A stretch of 64,000 bases of DNA, from assembly GCA_963721405.1 (NCBI GenBank), contig CAVRJA010000010.1, positions 78,393 to 142,392 of the forward strand. Reading direction: 5' to 3'. Positions 1-10,602 of this stretch are shown piece after piece; within the stretch, counting starts at the first letter, position 1; each line of letters begins with the position of its first letter. Origin of the DNA: an uncultured Acidobacteriota bacterium. Its GTDB lineage: Bacteria; Acidobacteriota; UBA6911. The notes below the pieces were generated by a model. That model worked only from the letters and a program-made list of their open reading frames with translations. It did no database searches and was not told the DNA's origin. The position numbers were made by a program, and so were the translations under genes.

Positions 1-880
1 CGTGGAGCCGCCCCGTGTTGCACAGGGCGCCGTACCCGAGGTTTTTGGTGGCCATAGAAACGCCGTTGCCAGTGTTCTTGTACGCGGGCAGGTTGATGAT
101 CTTCGTGAGCCGCTGGGTGAGCAGTTTCCCGAAATAGGAGTACTCGCCGTTGAAGACATGCTGGTTGAGGTAAAACTCATCGTCCTTGTAGCCGCGCACT
201 CCCTTGCCCACGACTCCCTTGGCAAAGTAATAGACCTTCTGGTCGAAATTATTGATGCTCAGGTGGTTTCCCTTGGCATCGCGCCATTTGTTGCCCGTTT
301 CATCCATGGTTTGCAGCCCCTCGATCCGGACGCCGGGAAATCGCTTGGTGGTGTAGCCGCCATCCGAGAGCATGTAGTCGAAGCGGTCCCAGATCACTAT
401 GTTCTCGCGCGGCAGGCCGCCCTGAACGAGCCATTCGATCACCGCGTCCACGATTTCATGGCGCGTGTTGATCAGGGGCGGCCCGACGGGGTTGACCTTC
501 AACCCGACCATATCCTGCCTGGTAAAAAACAGGTCGAAGCTCTGCTTCATGTCCTTGCCGGTCAGGTTGGTTATGCCCTTGGTGACCATTTCCGAGATGA
601 CCTTGGGGTCGAAGGTGTCGCCCTGCAGCGAACGCTTGTCGGTAATCTTCTGGACCGTTCCGGGAAAGGGACCCGGCAACGAGTGCCTGGTTTTCGGCGC
701 CGCCATGAATTCTCCGATGTTCGTCTCCACTTTGGGAGGCGGCTGTTTCTCCTGGCCGAATGCGGGAACGCCGAGGACGATGCTCCCTGCTGCAACCGAG
801 CAGGCGCCTGCCGCTTTCACAAAATCGCGCCGATCGATGCGGGAAGCGTCGGGGTAACTCACGTATCTGGAATGACTCAT
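1..880 (-). CDS. Tat-exported DUF362-like domain protein (runs off window edge)
   Basis: Manual translation from ATG at 880: MSHSRYVSYPDASRIDRRDFVKAAG... (twin-Arg), VGLKVNPVGPP, IVIWDR, KIINLPAYKNTGNGVSMATKNLGYG; open to position 2. Absent from the ORF track because it has no stop in the window. Confidence 0.75.
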   Translation of the reverse strand, partial: MSHSRYVSYPDASRIDRRDFVKAAGACSVAAGSIVLGVPAFGQEKQPPPKVETNIGEFMAAPKTRHSLPGPFPGTVQKITDKRSLQGDTFDPKVISEMVTKGITNLTGKDMKQSFDLFFTRQDMVGLKVNPVGPPLINTRHEIVDAVIEWLVQGGLPRENIVIWDRFDYMLSDGGYTTKRFPGVRIEGLQTMDETGNKWRDAKGNHLSINNFDQKVYYFAKGVVGKGVRGYKDDEFYLNQHVFNGEYSYFGKLLTQRLTKIINLPAYKNTGNGVSMATKNLGYGALCNTGRLH

Positions 881-1136
881 GGCAAAGCCTCGTTCTCTTG
901 TGCCGGGTGAAATCCGTTGCTTGTACCCGCCCAAGGGCGCGTTCGCGAAATGCGGGCGTCCTCCGGATGTGTGGAGCGTGCTCCGGCGGCCTGCACTCCA
1001 GCGGCATCCCGCCACTATTCGAATAGAAAAGCCCGTTCCTGTCAACCATTCTGTTCCGATTGCCGGAAATCCTGAAATCGTTTTCCCTAGTTCGGGGATC
1101 TTTTGTTATAGTGCTCCCTCTTGATCAGGAGAAACC

Positions 1137-3443
1137 GTGTTAACGCTACTACTCTGCCTTCTGCAAATTGCACAAAGCGCCCCGCCGGCCGGGACGGCCG
1201 GGGCCGGCGCGCCGACGTTCACCATTCCGCGCATGGAAGCCGCAGCCGAGGTTACGATCGACGGCCGCCTCGATGAGCCCGCCTGGGCTCAGGCAGCCCG
1301 CCTCACCGGTTTTTCACAATACCAGCCGGTCGATGGCCGCTCTTCTGAGGAAGAGACTGAAGTGCTCGTCTGGTACTCGCCCGAGGCGCTGCACTTCGGC
1401 ATAATCGCTCACGATTCCGTTCCAGGATCGATCCGCGCCACGATTGCCGACCGCGACAATCTGGGAAGCGACGATACCGTGACGATTTTCCTCGACACCT
1501 TCAACGACCGCCGCAGGGCGTTCTTTTTCGGCGTCAATCCTTATGGCGCGCAGGAAGACGGGGTGCAGACCGAAGGCGGTTTCAACGCGGGAAACGCGCG
1601 GGGCGGCGGCAATTTTCAAGGCGGAACCCTGGACAAGAGCCCCGATTACAACTGGGAGTCCAAGGGATTGATCACCGAGCAGGGCTATACCGTCGAGATC
1701 AGCATTCCCTTCAAGAGCCTGCGTTATCCGGGCAACGCGGCACAGCGCTGGGGCATCAACATTCAGCGAAAGGTACAGCGCACCGGCTATGTCGACACAT
1801 GGACCGACGTCCGTCGCGCCAGCAACAGTTTTCTGGGACAGGCGGGCTCGATGGAAGGGCTGCACGATATGAAGCGCGGCATGGTGACGGAGGTTCAACC
1901 CTTCGTTACTGCGACCGAGGACGGCTCCAGGACGGTCGATGGGAATTTCAGGAGGGAAAGGATCAAGCTGAATCCCGGCGCCAACCTGAGGCTCGGCTTC
2001 ACGAACCTGTCCCTGGATGCTACGGTGAATCCCGATTTCAGCCAGGTCGAGTCCGATGCCGGGCAGGTGACCGTCAACGAGCGGTTTGCCCTTTTCTTCC
2101 CGGAAAAGCGCCCGTTTTTTCTCGAAGGGATCGAGCTGTTCTCGACCCCGAATCAACTGGTTTACACCCGGCAGATCCGGGACCCGATCGCCGGCGGAAA
2201 AGTAACCGGCAAGTTCGGTCGTTACGGCATCGCCTATCTCAACGCCGTGGATGACACTCCCGACGGCGGCCACGCGCTCTTCAACATCACACGGCTGCGC
2301 GCCGATCTCGGCGCCAATTCGCTCGCCGGAGTCACGTACACCGACAGGATGGCGACGGACGACTCCAACCGCGTGCTGGCCGCGGACGCCCGCATTACAT
2401 TCAAGAAGCTCTACTATGTCCAGGGACAACTAGGCCGCTCCTGGAGCGACTTTTCGGGCGACCGCACCAGCTCTCCGCTGTGGAGCGCGGAACTGGATCG
2501 CACCGGGCGGGCGTTTGGATTCAACTACAGGCTCAACGGGATCGGCGAGTCTTTTGAGGCGCGGTCCGGGTATGTCCCGCGTAACAACATTGTCAACGGG
2601 CGCGCGTTCAACCGTTTCACGCTGTATGGGGCGCGCGGAGCGGCGCTGGAGAGTTTCACGACTCACTTCGGCCTGTCGCGAATCTGGCGTTACGGAGAAT
2701 TTTTCAGCGAGTCCTCGATCGAGGGGGATGAATCGATCAGTTTCTCTGCGCAGATGCGCGGCGGCTGGGAGCTGAACAGCGAGGTCCAGCGGCAGTTCGT
2801 CCGCTTTGATCCGGAGATGTATGCCGGCTACCAGGTGCGGCAGCCGGGAGGATCCGCCACGACGTTTGCCGTGCCCGATATCCTCAGCGGCGCCTATGGT
2901 GTGAACTTTTCCGTCAGCACTCCGACGTATCGCGCGTTTGGCATGAACGTGGAAATCGGCAAGGGGACCAGTCCCATCTTCCCGGAAGCCGCCAAGGGGC
3001 GCGAGACTTCATTCTCGCTGACGGCCAACGTGCGGCCGGCTAATACCGTCCGCGTGGAAGCGACCGGCGTGATCTCCCACCTGATCCGCGCCCGCAATGG
3101 GAGCGAGTTCGCGCGCACCGTGATTCCCAGGATCAAGGTCGAATACCAGCCCACCCGGGCCCTCTTTTTCCGAGTGGTCAGCGAGTATCGCTCGGAGCGT
3201 CAGGCGGCCCTGGAAGATCCTCGCACGGGCGCCCTGCTTGTGATCGACGGCATTGCCAGCACGGCGCAGAAATTCAACGGCCTGCGTGTCGACCTGCTCG
3301 TGTCGTACGAACCCACGCCGGGAACGGTCGCATTCTTCGGGTACGGAAGCTCACTCGAGAGCGACCGGACGTTCGGCATTGCGGACCTGCAACGGAGCAC
3401 CGACGGCTTCTTCCTGAAGCTGGCCTACCAATTTCGGCAGTGA
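1137..3443 (+). CDS. CBM9-like/DUF5916 domain outer-membrane protein
   Basis: Signal peptide, IDGRLDEPAW sugar-binding-like N-domain, NPDFSQVESD...FFPEKRPFFLEG motif, C-terminal FFLKLAYQF beta-signal. Confidence 0.8.
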   Translation: MLTLLLCLLQIAQSAPPAGTAGAGAPTFTIPRMEAAAEVTIDGRLDEPAWAQAARLTGFSQYQPVDGRSSEEETEVLVWYSPEALHFGIIAHDSVPGSIRATIADRDNLGSDDTVTIFLDTFNDRRRAFFFGVNPYGAQEDGVQTEGGFNAGNARGGGNFQGGTLDKSPDYNWESKGLITEQGYTVEISIPFKSLRYPGNAAQRWGINIQRKVQRTGYVDTWTDVRRASNSFLGQAGSMEGLHDMKRGMVTEVQPFVTATEDGSRTVDGNFRRERIKLNPGANLRLGFTNLSLDATVNPDFSQVESDAGQVTVNERFALFFPEKRPFFLEGIELFSTPNQLVYTRQIRDPIAGGKVTGKFGRYGIAYLNAVDDTPDGGHALFNITRLRADLGANSLAGVTYTDRMATDDSNRVLAADARITFKKLYYVQGQLGRSWSDFSGDRTSSPLWSAELDRTGRAFGFNYRLNGIGESFEARSGYVPRNNIVNGRAFNRFTLYGARGAALESFTTHFGLSRIWRYGEFFSESSIEGDESISFSAQMRGGWELNSEVQRQFVRFDPEMYAGYQVRQPGGSATTFAVPDILSGAYGVNFSVSTPTYRAFGMNVEIGKGTSPIFPEAAKGRETSFSLTANVRPANTVRVEATGVISHLIRARNGSEFARTVIPRIKVEYQPTRALFFRVVSEYRSERQAALEDPRTGALLVIDGIASTAQKFNGLRVDLLVSYEPTPGTVAFFGYGSSLESDRTFGIADLQRSTDGFFLKLAYQFRQ

Positions 3444-3470
3444 GACCTAGCCAAGGGACGCAGCCCTTTG

Positions 3471-3570
3471 AAATCCCCGCGTGCCCGATTGCTATTTCAA
3501 ATTCGAGATTCGAGATTCGAAATTAATCTCGAAATTCGAATCTCGAATCAGAGGGGCAGCTGGAGATTTG
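3471..3570. repeat. Intergenic imperfect palindrome with ATTCGAR heptamer array (REP/MITE-like)
   Basis: attcgagattcgagattcgaaatt followed by the inverted aatctcgaaattcgaatctcgaatc (3501-3549), with loosely complementary flanks; lies between convergent genes. Confidence 0.55.
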
Positions 3571-3619
3571 CGACAGAGACAAATGCGAACAAAATTCTCG
3601 TTGTCGGCTCAATAACGGT

Positions 3620-4063
3620 CTAATGCTGCTTCTTCATGAAGGCTTGCGCGCGTTTTTTCATCTCTTCGGCGGGCACATCCTCTATGTGAGTGCCGATCCA
3701 CCAGAGATTGCCTGACGAATCACGGACTCCCGCATTGCGATCGCCGTAAAACTGATCAGCCGGCTCCATCAATGAAGTCGCGCCCGCGTCGAGCGCGCGC
3801 CTGTACACGGCGTCCGTGTCCTTCACATACAGGTAGAGTCCGGCGGGCATGGGCGGGTACTTATCTGACGCTTCCCCCATCATGATCATCGAGTCGCCGA
3901 TTTTGACCTCCGCGTGCATCACGGTGCCATCGGGCGCTTCCATCCGCTCGAGCACCTCGGCCTGGAACGCCTTGGTCATAAAATCGATCAGTCCGGGCAC
4001 CCCGCGGATAATCAGGTAAGGCGTCACCACGTGATACCCGTCCGGTATTGGTTTTGCTGCCAT
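3620..4063 (-). CDS. VOC/glyoxalase (PhnB-like) family protein
   Basis: PIPDGYHVVTPYL, HAEVKIGDS, DQFYGDRNAGVRDSSGNLWWI. Confidence 0.9.
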   Translation of the reverse strand: MAAKPIPDGYHVVTPYLIIRGVPGLIDFMTKAFQAEVLERMEAPDGTVMHAEVKIGDSMIMMGEASDKYPPMPAGLYLYVKDTDAVYRRALDAGATSLMEPADQFYGDRNAGVRDSSGNLWWIGTHIEDVPAEEMKKRAQAFMKKQH

Positions 4064-4414
4064 TTCGATTTCCTCCTCTGCAGACTGCGGCTGCAGGATG
4101 CGTTGCGTTCAGTCTTGAGTTTCAGGCCGCCGGGCGACCCGTACCGCTGTCATCTCTAAACGCTCCAAGTGTTCGTTCGACGCGCCATCAAAAGAACTAG
4201 GCCAATCCCCAGTCCGGCAGGGAAAAATCCTTATTCGAACAGATCTGTGAAACTGAGAGGACGAAGAGGAAGAATGCCGACGGGGGAATTATTCCGTGTT
4301 TTTGGCAGAACTGTGCGCCATTGAGTCAGCTCCGTCGATCGGAGCTGCTCCCAGTCGCGCGGGGACTCCTTTATGCGTCAACACTTGGCAGACGGTGCGG
4401 GCGGCAGCTGCGGA

Positions 4415-4430
4415 TGGTACGAGCATTGCT
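4415..4430 (+). promoter_or_regulatory. Putative sigma-54 (-24/-12) promoter
   Basis: TGGTACG-AGCA-TTGCT versus consensus TGGCACG-N4-TTGCW, with correct GG-N10-GC spacing. Confidence 0.4.
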
Positions 4431-4590
4431 TAAGTTGTTGTTATGCCAAACGGAATGAAATCAGTAAGGGGGTATCGCAGAGCACTGTCAACAATATCAC
4501 GAACCCCGCGGGGGGGGATGGTGACACTTGCTCCGCTGGATCTGAACGGAGACGACGGCTTCTAGGTTTCAGAAGGCTTCGTGTACTGTT

Positions 4591-4629
4591 CACAGGGGCA
4601 GGCGCGCATCGTACGCGCCTGCCCCTGTG
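4591..4629. terminator. Strong GC hairpin, probable terminator
   Basis: cacaggggcaggcgcg-catcgta-cgcgcctgcccctgtg, a perfect 16-bp stem just after the stop of the small minus-strand gene. Confidence 0.65.
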
Positions 4630-4634
4630 TCAGG

Positions 4635-4805
4635 CTACTTGAGGGCCTTTTTGGCTTTTTCTGCGGAGGCCTTGGAATAGTAGGCACAGACGCCTTTCTT
4701 GGCATCGGGCTGGATATCCGCCGCTTTTACGGCCTCCTTTAGCTTTTTCTCCGGCACACCCATTTCCTTCGCCCAGTTGGCGATCGTCTTCATTTCATCG
4801 GCCAT
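4635..4805 (-). CDS. Small Lys/Ala-rich protein (56 aa)
   Basis: AGGAGG RBS; MADEMKTIANWAKEMGVPEKKLKEAVKAADIQPDAKKGVCAYYSKASAEKAKKALK; followed by a hairpin; below the ORF-track size cutoff. Confidence 0.75.
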   Translation of the reverse strand: MADEMKTIANWAKEMGVPEKKLKEAVKAADIQPDAKKGVCAYYSKASAEKAKKALK

Positions 4806-4886
4806 GATGCTGTCCTCCTGAGAATGACGATGTTGGATAAACGCCGGATATCATAGCATGCATTTCCGGGCCGGCACGCCTCGTGT

Positions 4887-5702
4887 TCATAGCATTTTCG
4901 CGGCAATTTCCTTGAGGAGTTTTGCGCAAACGACGCCGGTTACGGTCGAGGGGTCGAAGCGTGGATTGTATTCGACGATATCCGCGCCGACGACCTCTGC
5001 CTCCAGCGCCTGGATCGCTCCCAATGCCTGGCGAACGGACAGGCCTCCGGGTTCCCGGTGAGCCACTCCCGGAGCGAATGCAGGATCGAGAGCGTCCATG
5101 TCGAAAGAGATGTAAACGGGGGAGCGCATTTCGGGCAGGGCGTCCCGCCAGTCCTTCATCTCGATGACTTCGACTCCGAATCTCTCGGCCTGGCGGCGCT
5201 GGCGCCCGTTCATAGTGCGGATGCCGGCCTGCACGACCCTGTGAGCGAGCCCCTCTTCCATGATTCTCGCGAAGGGGCACGCGTGCGAACGACGGCTGCC
5301 CTGGAACTCGTCATACAGATCGGGATGCGCGTCGAAGTCGAGGATGGTCAAATCGCGATGCCTGCCGGCGAATGCCTGGATAATGGGATAAACAATCGAA
5401 TGGTCTCCGCCGAGGGCGATCGGTTTGAGGTTCCGGTCGAGCAACACCCTGATGGACTCTTTGATGCCAGCGAAGCTGTCCGTGCCCGCGGCGGAAACCA
5501 AGTCGCCGGCATCGACGAGGGTGGAACCTGCGCCCAGGTCGGTTCCATTTTCGCTCCAGAGGTTGGAGGCGTCGGAAAAGAGCGCTGCACGAATCAAGGC
5601 GGGGCCTTCCGCGGCCCCCCTTGCGAATGAGGAATTTTCATCGCAGGGAAAGCCCACGATCGCGATTTTCCCGCCCTGCTTCATGGTATCCGGATCGATC
5701 AC
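4887..5702 (-). CDS. speB: Agmatinase/arginase family ureohydrolase
   Basis: LGGDHS, DAHPD, SHACPF, SFDMDALDPAFAPG, EPGG and VEYNP motifs. Confidence 0.85.
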   Translation of the reverse strand: MIDPDTMKQGGKIAIVGFPCDENSSFARGAAEGPALIRAALFSDASNLWSENGTDLGAGSTLVDAGDLVSAAGTDSFAGIKESIRVLLDRNLKPIALGGDHSIVYPIIQAFAGRHRDLTILDFDAHPDLYDEFQGSRRSHACPFARIMEEGLAHRVVQAGIRTMNGRQRRQAERFGVEVIEMKDWRDALPEMRSPVYISFDMDALDPAFAPGVAHREPGGLSVRQALGAIQALEAEVVGADIVEYNPRFDPSTVTGVVCAKLLKEIAAKML

Positions 5703-5720
5703 AGAGTCTTCCCGTGCCGC

Positions 5721-7418
5721 TTACTTGAGGTCCGGAACAATCTTTCCGAGAGTCTTGGCGACCTCGAAATCGTTGTCCTCGAGCAGGGTGTACATATTCT
5801 GCTGAATGGTGATAACCGCTTTCTTGTAGGCGATCAGGGCCTGCAACTCCGCCCCCTGAGCCGCCGCCAGATCCGCCTGGCGCTGCAGCACATAAAAGTT
5901 TTGGCTCATTCCGGCTTGATAACGCTTGGTCTCGCCGTCGAGTTGTTCCTCCGCCAGCTGTCGGGAAATCCTGGCGGTTTCCACTCTCTGACGGCTGGTT
6001 TCGAGCGACTCGACCGAATTGCGAATCTGGACGATGATGTTCTGCTCCGTCTTGGTGCGGTTCATGACCAGTTGCCGCTGTGAAATCTTCGTCTGAGCCA
6101 GTTGGGAATCGACTGTGCGGTTTCTGAGCGGGATCTGGACGTTGAACGCCACGCTCCAGGTAGTGAGGCCCTCGGTAAAAATCGTCTTGTAAGCGTTGAA
6201 GATACCGCCGACGAATTGATCCGGGATCTTCGGATCGCCGCTGGAGGTGTAGGACTGTGGGCCCGCGGTACCGTTGGCGCCGAAGGCGCCGATCAGGTCA
6301 AACTGCCACTTCCTTGCGTTTTTCTGGATCTCAGCGGTGATGTCGTTCTGCTGCATCTGAATGTCGTACTGTTCGAGCTCCGGGCGCTTAACCAGGGCCG
6401 TTTCGATCGATTTGTTCAAATCGACCTGGTATTCCCTGAAGTCGGGCGATTCGGTGGGGACGATCGTCTGGTGCCAGATATCCCCATTGCGGTCGCTGGA
6501 GATCATGTTTCTCAGGCTGTTTTCGGTGGTCTGGATTGTCTCCTTGGCGCGGATGAGATCGATCTCGCGGCTGGCCTGGGTCGCCATGGCTTCGGTGATG
6601 TTGATCGGCGCCGCGGTGCCCACGGACAGCTTGAATTTGTTCTGTTCCACGGTGATCCCGGCCAATTCGACCGATTGCCGCTTGATCTCGTAGTCGCGAA
6701 TGGCGCCGACCAGGTCCCAGTACAGGCCCTGAATGGATGCGATCGTATTCGTGACGCCCTGTTTGAACTTGCTGTCGTTCGTCTTGAGGTCGAGGTTGAC
6801 GAGCTTGATGTTGCCGCGCGTCTGGTCGAGTTTGCGGTTCCGCCAGAGAGGCTGTGTGAACTGCAGTTGGGTGCTGGACTGGAACTGAGGCGTGAACAGG
6901 GAAGCCAACTGGTTAGTGTCGCTTCTGCTGGAGTTGAAGTTCGCGGTAAAGCCGCCGCCCGTCGGAACATTTTGCGTGATCGAGAAGTTCCATACGGCAC
7001 TGTCGCGCTGGTTGAAGTTCGTTGTGGACTGGTTGGTGATGTTTGTGTTCGCCGACTTGCTCCTGCCGGTGGACAGGGTCAAGTTGACCGTCGGATCGTA
7101 GAAGCCGTAAGTCTGGGTCACCTTTTGCTGGTAGAGCGCCTCATTCGTATCGGAGATGGCGATATCCAGGTTGTTCTGAAGCGCGAGCTTCGTCAGCTCT
7201 TTGAGGGATATGCGCAATGCCGTCCCGTCTTTTTCGGCCTGCTCGATCGGGCTCATGGGAAGGCTGGGAATCTGCGTCGTCTGCACCGGCTGCTGCTCCT
7301 GCGCGGACGCGTCCCGGGGAGGAGCCCAGGCAGAGGCCAGGGATAAGACAATTGCCGCCAAAATGCCGAAATGTCTCAGATTTCTCTCCTGTCGAGGAGA
7401 GGGCTCAACGATCTTCAT
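5721..7418 (-). CDS. TolC family outer-membrane efflux protein
   Basis: ALQNNLDI, FTQPLWR, RPEL, VQIPLRNR repeats; signal peptide; start chosen at MKIVEP after a GGAG RBS. Confidence 0.85.
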   Translation of the reverse strand: MKIVEPSPRQERNLRHFGILAAIVLSLASAWAPPRDASAQEQQPVQTTQIPSLPMSPIEQAEKDGTALRISLKELTKLALQNNLDIAISDTNEALYQQKVTQTYGFYDPTVNLTLSTGRSKSANTNITNQSTTNFNQRDSAVWNFSITQNVPTGGGFTANFNSSRSDTNQLASLFTPQFQSSTQLQFTQPLWRNRKLDQTRGNIKLVNLDLKTNDSKFKQGVTNTIASIQGLYWDLVGAIRDYEIKRQSVELAGITVEQNKFKLSVGTAAPINITEAMATQASREIDLIRAKETIQTTENSLRNMISSDRNGDIWHQTIVPTESPDFREYQVDLNKSIETALVKRPELEQYDIQMQQNDITAEIQKNARKWQFDLIGAFGANGTAGPQSYTSSGDPKIPDQFVGGIFNAYKTIFTEGLTTWSVAFNVQIPLRNRTVDSQLAQTKISQRQLVMNRTKTEQNIIVQIRNSVESLETSRQRVETARISRQLAEEQLDGETKRYQAGMSQNFYVLQRQADLAAAQGAELQALIAYKKAVITIQQNMYTLLEDNDFEVAKTLGKIVPDLK

Positions 7419-7724
7419 ACACGACTCCTTGTCAAGACTGCTGTTCAAGCGGTCTGAAACTACCGGAACTTGATGTGCCGGGGCAAGTAAAATGCTACCG
7501 CATCCGGAACAGATCATGAAGTGACGCCTGGAACCGGTTCCCGTGGTATGCTACATCCCGAGCATTGCTGCAGCAGCATCCAATCACTACGACTGAGATA
7601 GTGACTCCGGCGGTTTTGAGGGCGTGGCATCAGGCGCCCGGTCCCGGAGCAGCCGCATCGCTGTAACCTGCAATTCTCAGACAGGCAACCCGGAATCCAG
7701 GAGTATTAACGAAGGAGCATTGTT

Positions 7725-9035
7725 GTGACCGATACGAAAATCACCCTGCCGGAATCTGAGATTCCAACGCATTTCTACAACATCATGGCCGACCTGCCGG
7801 GCAGGCTTGAACCGCCGCTTCACCCCGGCACGAAACAGCCGATCGGGCCGGAAGCCCTGGCGCCCATTTTCCCGATGGGTCTGATCCAACAGGAAGTCAC
7901 GACGGAACGCTTTGTCGAGATTCCTGACGAAGTGCGCGATATCTACAGGCTCTACCGTCCCAGCCCGATGTTTCGGGCCCGGGCGTTCGAAGAGTTTTTG
8001 GACACTCCGGCCAGGATTTACTACAAATCGGAGCACGTCAGCCCCGTCGGAAGTCATAAACTGAACACGGCCGTCATGCAGGCGTACATGAATAAGAAGG
8101 AGGGGGTCAAGAGACTGGCCACCGAGACCGGGGCCGGCCAGTGGGGAAGCGCACTGGCTTGCGCCTGCAAACTGATGGGCCTGGAGTGCATGGTGTACAT
8201 GGTCCGCGTCAGCTACGATCAGAAGCCTTACCGCCGGATCATGATCAAGGCTTACGGCGCCGATGTGGTTCCGAGCCCGTCGGAGCTGACCGAGGCAGGG
8301 AGGAGCGTCCTCGCGCAGGATCCCGAGTCTCCGGGGAGTCTCGGGATCGCCATCTCCGAGGCAGTCGAAGACGCAGCCAAACGGGAAGACACCAAGTATG
8401 CACTCGGCAGCGTGCTGAACCACGTCCTGCTGCATCAGACGATCATCGGCCAGGAGAGCATGAAACAGATGGAACTTGCCGGCGACTATCCGGACACGAT
8501 TATCGCCTGCCACGGCGGCGGGAGCAATTTCGCCGGGCTCACGTTCCCCTTTCTAAGAGACAAGATCGCAGGAAAGAGGAAGGGGCTGCGGGCGATCGCG
8601 GCCGAACCCCTCTCCTGTCCCACGCTGACGGCAGGCAGGCGGGAGTATGACTTCGGCGACGTCGCCGGCAGCACGCCGCTGATGATGATGCACACCCTCG
8701 GACACAAGTTTGTTCCTCCGCCGGTGCACGCCGGAGGGCTGAGGTACCACGGGTCGGCGCCGCTTGTGAGCCATCTGCTCGCCCACGGAATCATCGAGGC
8801 CGAGGCCTATTCTCAAGGGGAGGTATTCGAGAGCGCCCTCAAGTTCGCCCGGTGCGAGGGGACGATTCCGGCGCCGGAGTCGGCTCACGCGATACACAGC
8901 ACTGTCGTTCACGCGCTGAAGGCCCGCGAGTCGGGCGAACGCAAGGTGATCCTCTTCAATCTCTCCGGTCACGGGCACTTCGACATGACGGCCTACGAGA
9001 TGTTCCTGAGCGGAAAAATGAATGGGGCCGTGTGA
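7725..9035 (+). CDS. trpB2: TrpB2 (tryptophan synthase beta-like PLP enzyme)
   Basis: SPVGSHKLN (PLP lysine), [32 protein letters not shown]. Confidence 0.92.
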   Translation: MTDTKITLPESEIPTHFYNIMADLPGRLEPPLHPGTKQPIGPEALAPIFPMGLIQQEVTTERFVEIPDEVRDIYRLYRPSPMFRARAFEEFLDTPARIYYKSEHVSPVGSHKLNTAVMQAYMNKKEGVKRLATETGAGQWGSALACACKLMGLECMVYMVRVSYDQKPYRRIMIKAYGADVVPSPSELTEAGRSVLAQDPESPGSLGIAISEAVEDAAKREDTKYALGSVLNHVLLHQTIIGQESMKQMELAGDYPDTIIACHGGGSNFAGLTFPFLRDKIAGKRKGLRAIAAEPLSCPTLTAGRREYDFGDVAGSTPLMMMHTLGHKFVPPPVHAGGLRYHGSAPLVSHLLAHGIIEAEAYSQGEVFESALKFARCEGTIPAPESAHAIHSTVVHALKARESGERKVILFNLSGHGHFDMTAYEMFLSGKMNGAV

Positions 9036-9206
9036 TCTCAGGGAGGGAGGGTGGAGGGACAGAGATCGGTTTTTGGAGGATGTGGACTGACGCAGGCGAA
9101 TCAGCGCGTCGACTCTGAGCGTCGGCGGTTGCCAGATTCAGTGAATGACACGGACAAGAGCGTAGCCGTAAAATTTTTGAAATTCCGACTTGACCGTCGG
9201 CAGCCT

Positions 9207-9410
9207 CTACGGATAGGGGCCGGCGACGGTCCAGCCTTCATCAGCCAGTTCGGCGAGCGCAGTCTCGCGGGCGGTCCACCTGCGCTTGGGGACGTCGTCT
9301 TTCAGATCCATCAGCAGGACCCACTCTCTGCCGTCATACTCGAGCCGTGCCAATTGACGCATTTGTTTCTCGACTTCGACCTTCCAACGTATAGCACACC
9401 CCATGCGCAA
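9207..9410 (-). CDS. Small hypothetical protein
   Basis: Protein-like composition; ends ALAELADEGWTVAGPYP; directly downstream of the ferritin-like gene. Confidence 0.45.
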   Translation of the reverse strand: MRMGCAIRWKVEVEKQMRQLARLEYDGREWVLLMDLKDDVPKRRWTARETALAELADEGWTVAGPYP

Positions 9411-9495
9411 ATTGTACTGCGGCCCCAGGATATTGGATGTTGAACGCGTCGCGGTTCGTTTGTAGCTGTCTGCGACGAAGGTGTGTTCCTGCGCC

Positions 9496-9999
9496 TCAGT
9501 GGCTGCCTCGAGAGACCATCAGGTCCAGATCTTCCTTGAGGCTCTGAAGATCCTCCTCGTGCTCGACCTCCTGTCCGAGAATGGTCAAGGCGAGGTTGTA
9601 CGTCACCATATCCTTGTCTTTCGTTACGTCCATGAGTTTCTTGTAGGCCGAGATTGCGCACTGCTCCCCCGCAATGTTCTCGTCGAGCAGGACTGCCACG
9701 TAAGGATCATCGGGAGCGTCGTAGGCGCAGGGGCTGAGGTCGAACCATCGCTTGGGATCGGTGACCGGTGTGCCGCCGAGTTGAATGATCCGCCCGGATA
9801 GCAGCGTCGCGTGGTTCATTTCCTCCGTGGCATGCAGGGTGAGTTCCGCCGCCACGGCATCTTTCATCGGGCCCTTGATGAGCTTGGCGCCAAGCCAATA
9901 CTGGTAGTAGGCAAGCCACTCGCTGGCATAGGCGCGGTTCAGGTGGTCGAGCAGCTCGTTTACGTCCATGCCTATAATTTCGCGTCCCCTGGTTCCCAT
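9496..9999 (-). CDS. Ferritin-like DPS-like (DPSL)/bacterioferritin-related protein
   Basis: MGTRGREII, EWLAYYQYW, EEMNH, RIIQLGG, EQCAI, EVEHEEDL di-iron ligands; GGAGGG RBS. Confidence 0.88.
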   Translation of the reverse strand: MGTRGREIIGMDVNELLDHLNRAYASEWLAYYQYWLGAKLIKGPMKDAVAAELTLHATEEMNHATLLSGRIIQLGGTPVTDPKRWFDLSPCAYDAPDDPYVAVLLDENIAGEQCAISAYKKLMDVTKDKDMVTYNLALTILGQEVEHEEDLQSLKEDLDLMVSRGSH

Positions 10000-10116
10000 G
10001 AGTCCCTCCACTATGGCCGCATCCGTCGGGCGGCCCGAATCGATCCTGCTGCGCTGCTGGTGCCAGCGTGACAAAGTATTCTAATGACGACGACTTTGGG
10101 GGAGCAAGCTCATTCA

Positions 10117-10500
10117 TCACGGGGCTGGACGCGATCTCAGCCAGGCGCCCAATGCTGCTCCCATGCCGGCGCCTGCCGTATCGATGCCCACGTCGACCGG
10201 CGACGGCGTGCGTCCGGGTGTGAACGACTGGTGAAACTCATCCGTGATGGCATACAGCCCGGCCAGCAGGATCGCCAACAGCAGCGAGCGCCGATCCCTG
10301 AAGATCCCGCGGGTAAGGCCATGCAGGTACGCCACACCCAGCAGACCGTACCCGATGATGTGGCCGCCCTTCTTGAGGGCAAAATCCCAAATCCCGAATT
10401 TCGGCAATTCACTCCCCTGTGTGCCGGAGGCGACAAAAATCAGCGCCATCATCACCAGGGCGGGTCCCCAACGCCACAGCCATCTTTTTGCCGACTGCAT
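10117..10500 (-). CDS. VanZ family membrane protein
   Basis: KGGHIIGYGLL, YAITDEFHQSFTPGR, DVGIDTAG. Confidence 0.88.
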   Translation of the reverse strand: MQSAKRWLWRWGPALVMMALIFVASGTQGSELPKFGIWDFALKKGGHIIGYGLLGVAYLHGLTRGIFRDRRSLLLAILLAGLYAITDEFHQSFTPGRTPSPVDVGIDTAGAGMGAALGAWLRSRPAP

Positions 10501-10602
10501 GTCTCGATCTTCCCCCTCACGTTTGCAGACCGGCGTGTCCACGTCGGGTCCGCGGCTTGCGCCAATCCATCCTATTCTACAATGGGACGGACCAGGGCTT
10601 GA

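Noticed and set aside
2-910. 302-aa plus-strand ORF
   Set aside because: Antisense shadow of the minus-strand Tat DUF362-like gene.
7540-7724. Trp attenuator or riboswitch upstream of trpB2
   Set aside because: No Trp-rich leader peptide, T-box or clear terminator recognisable.
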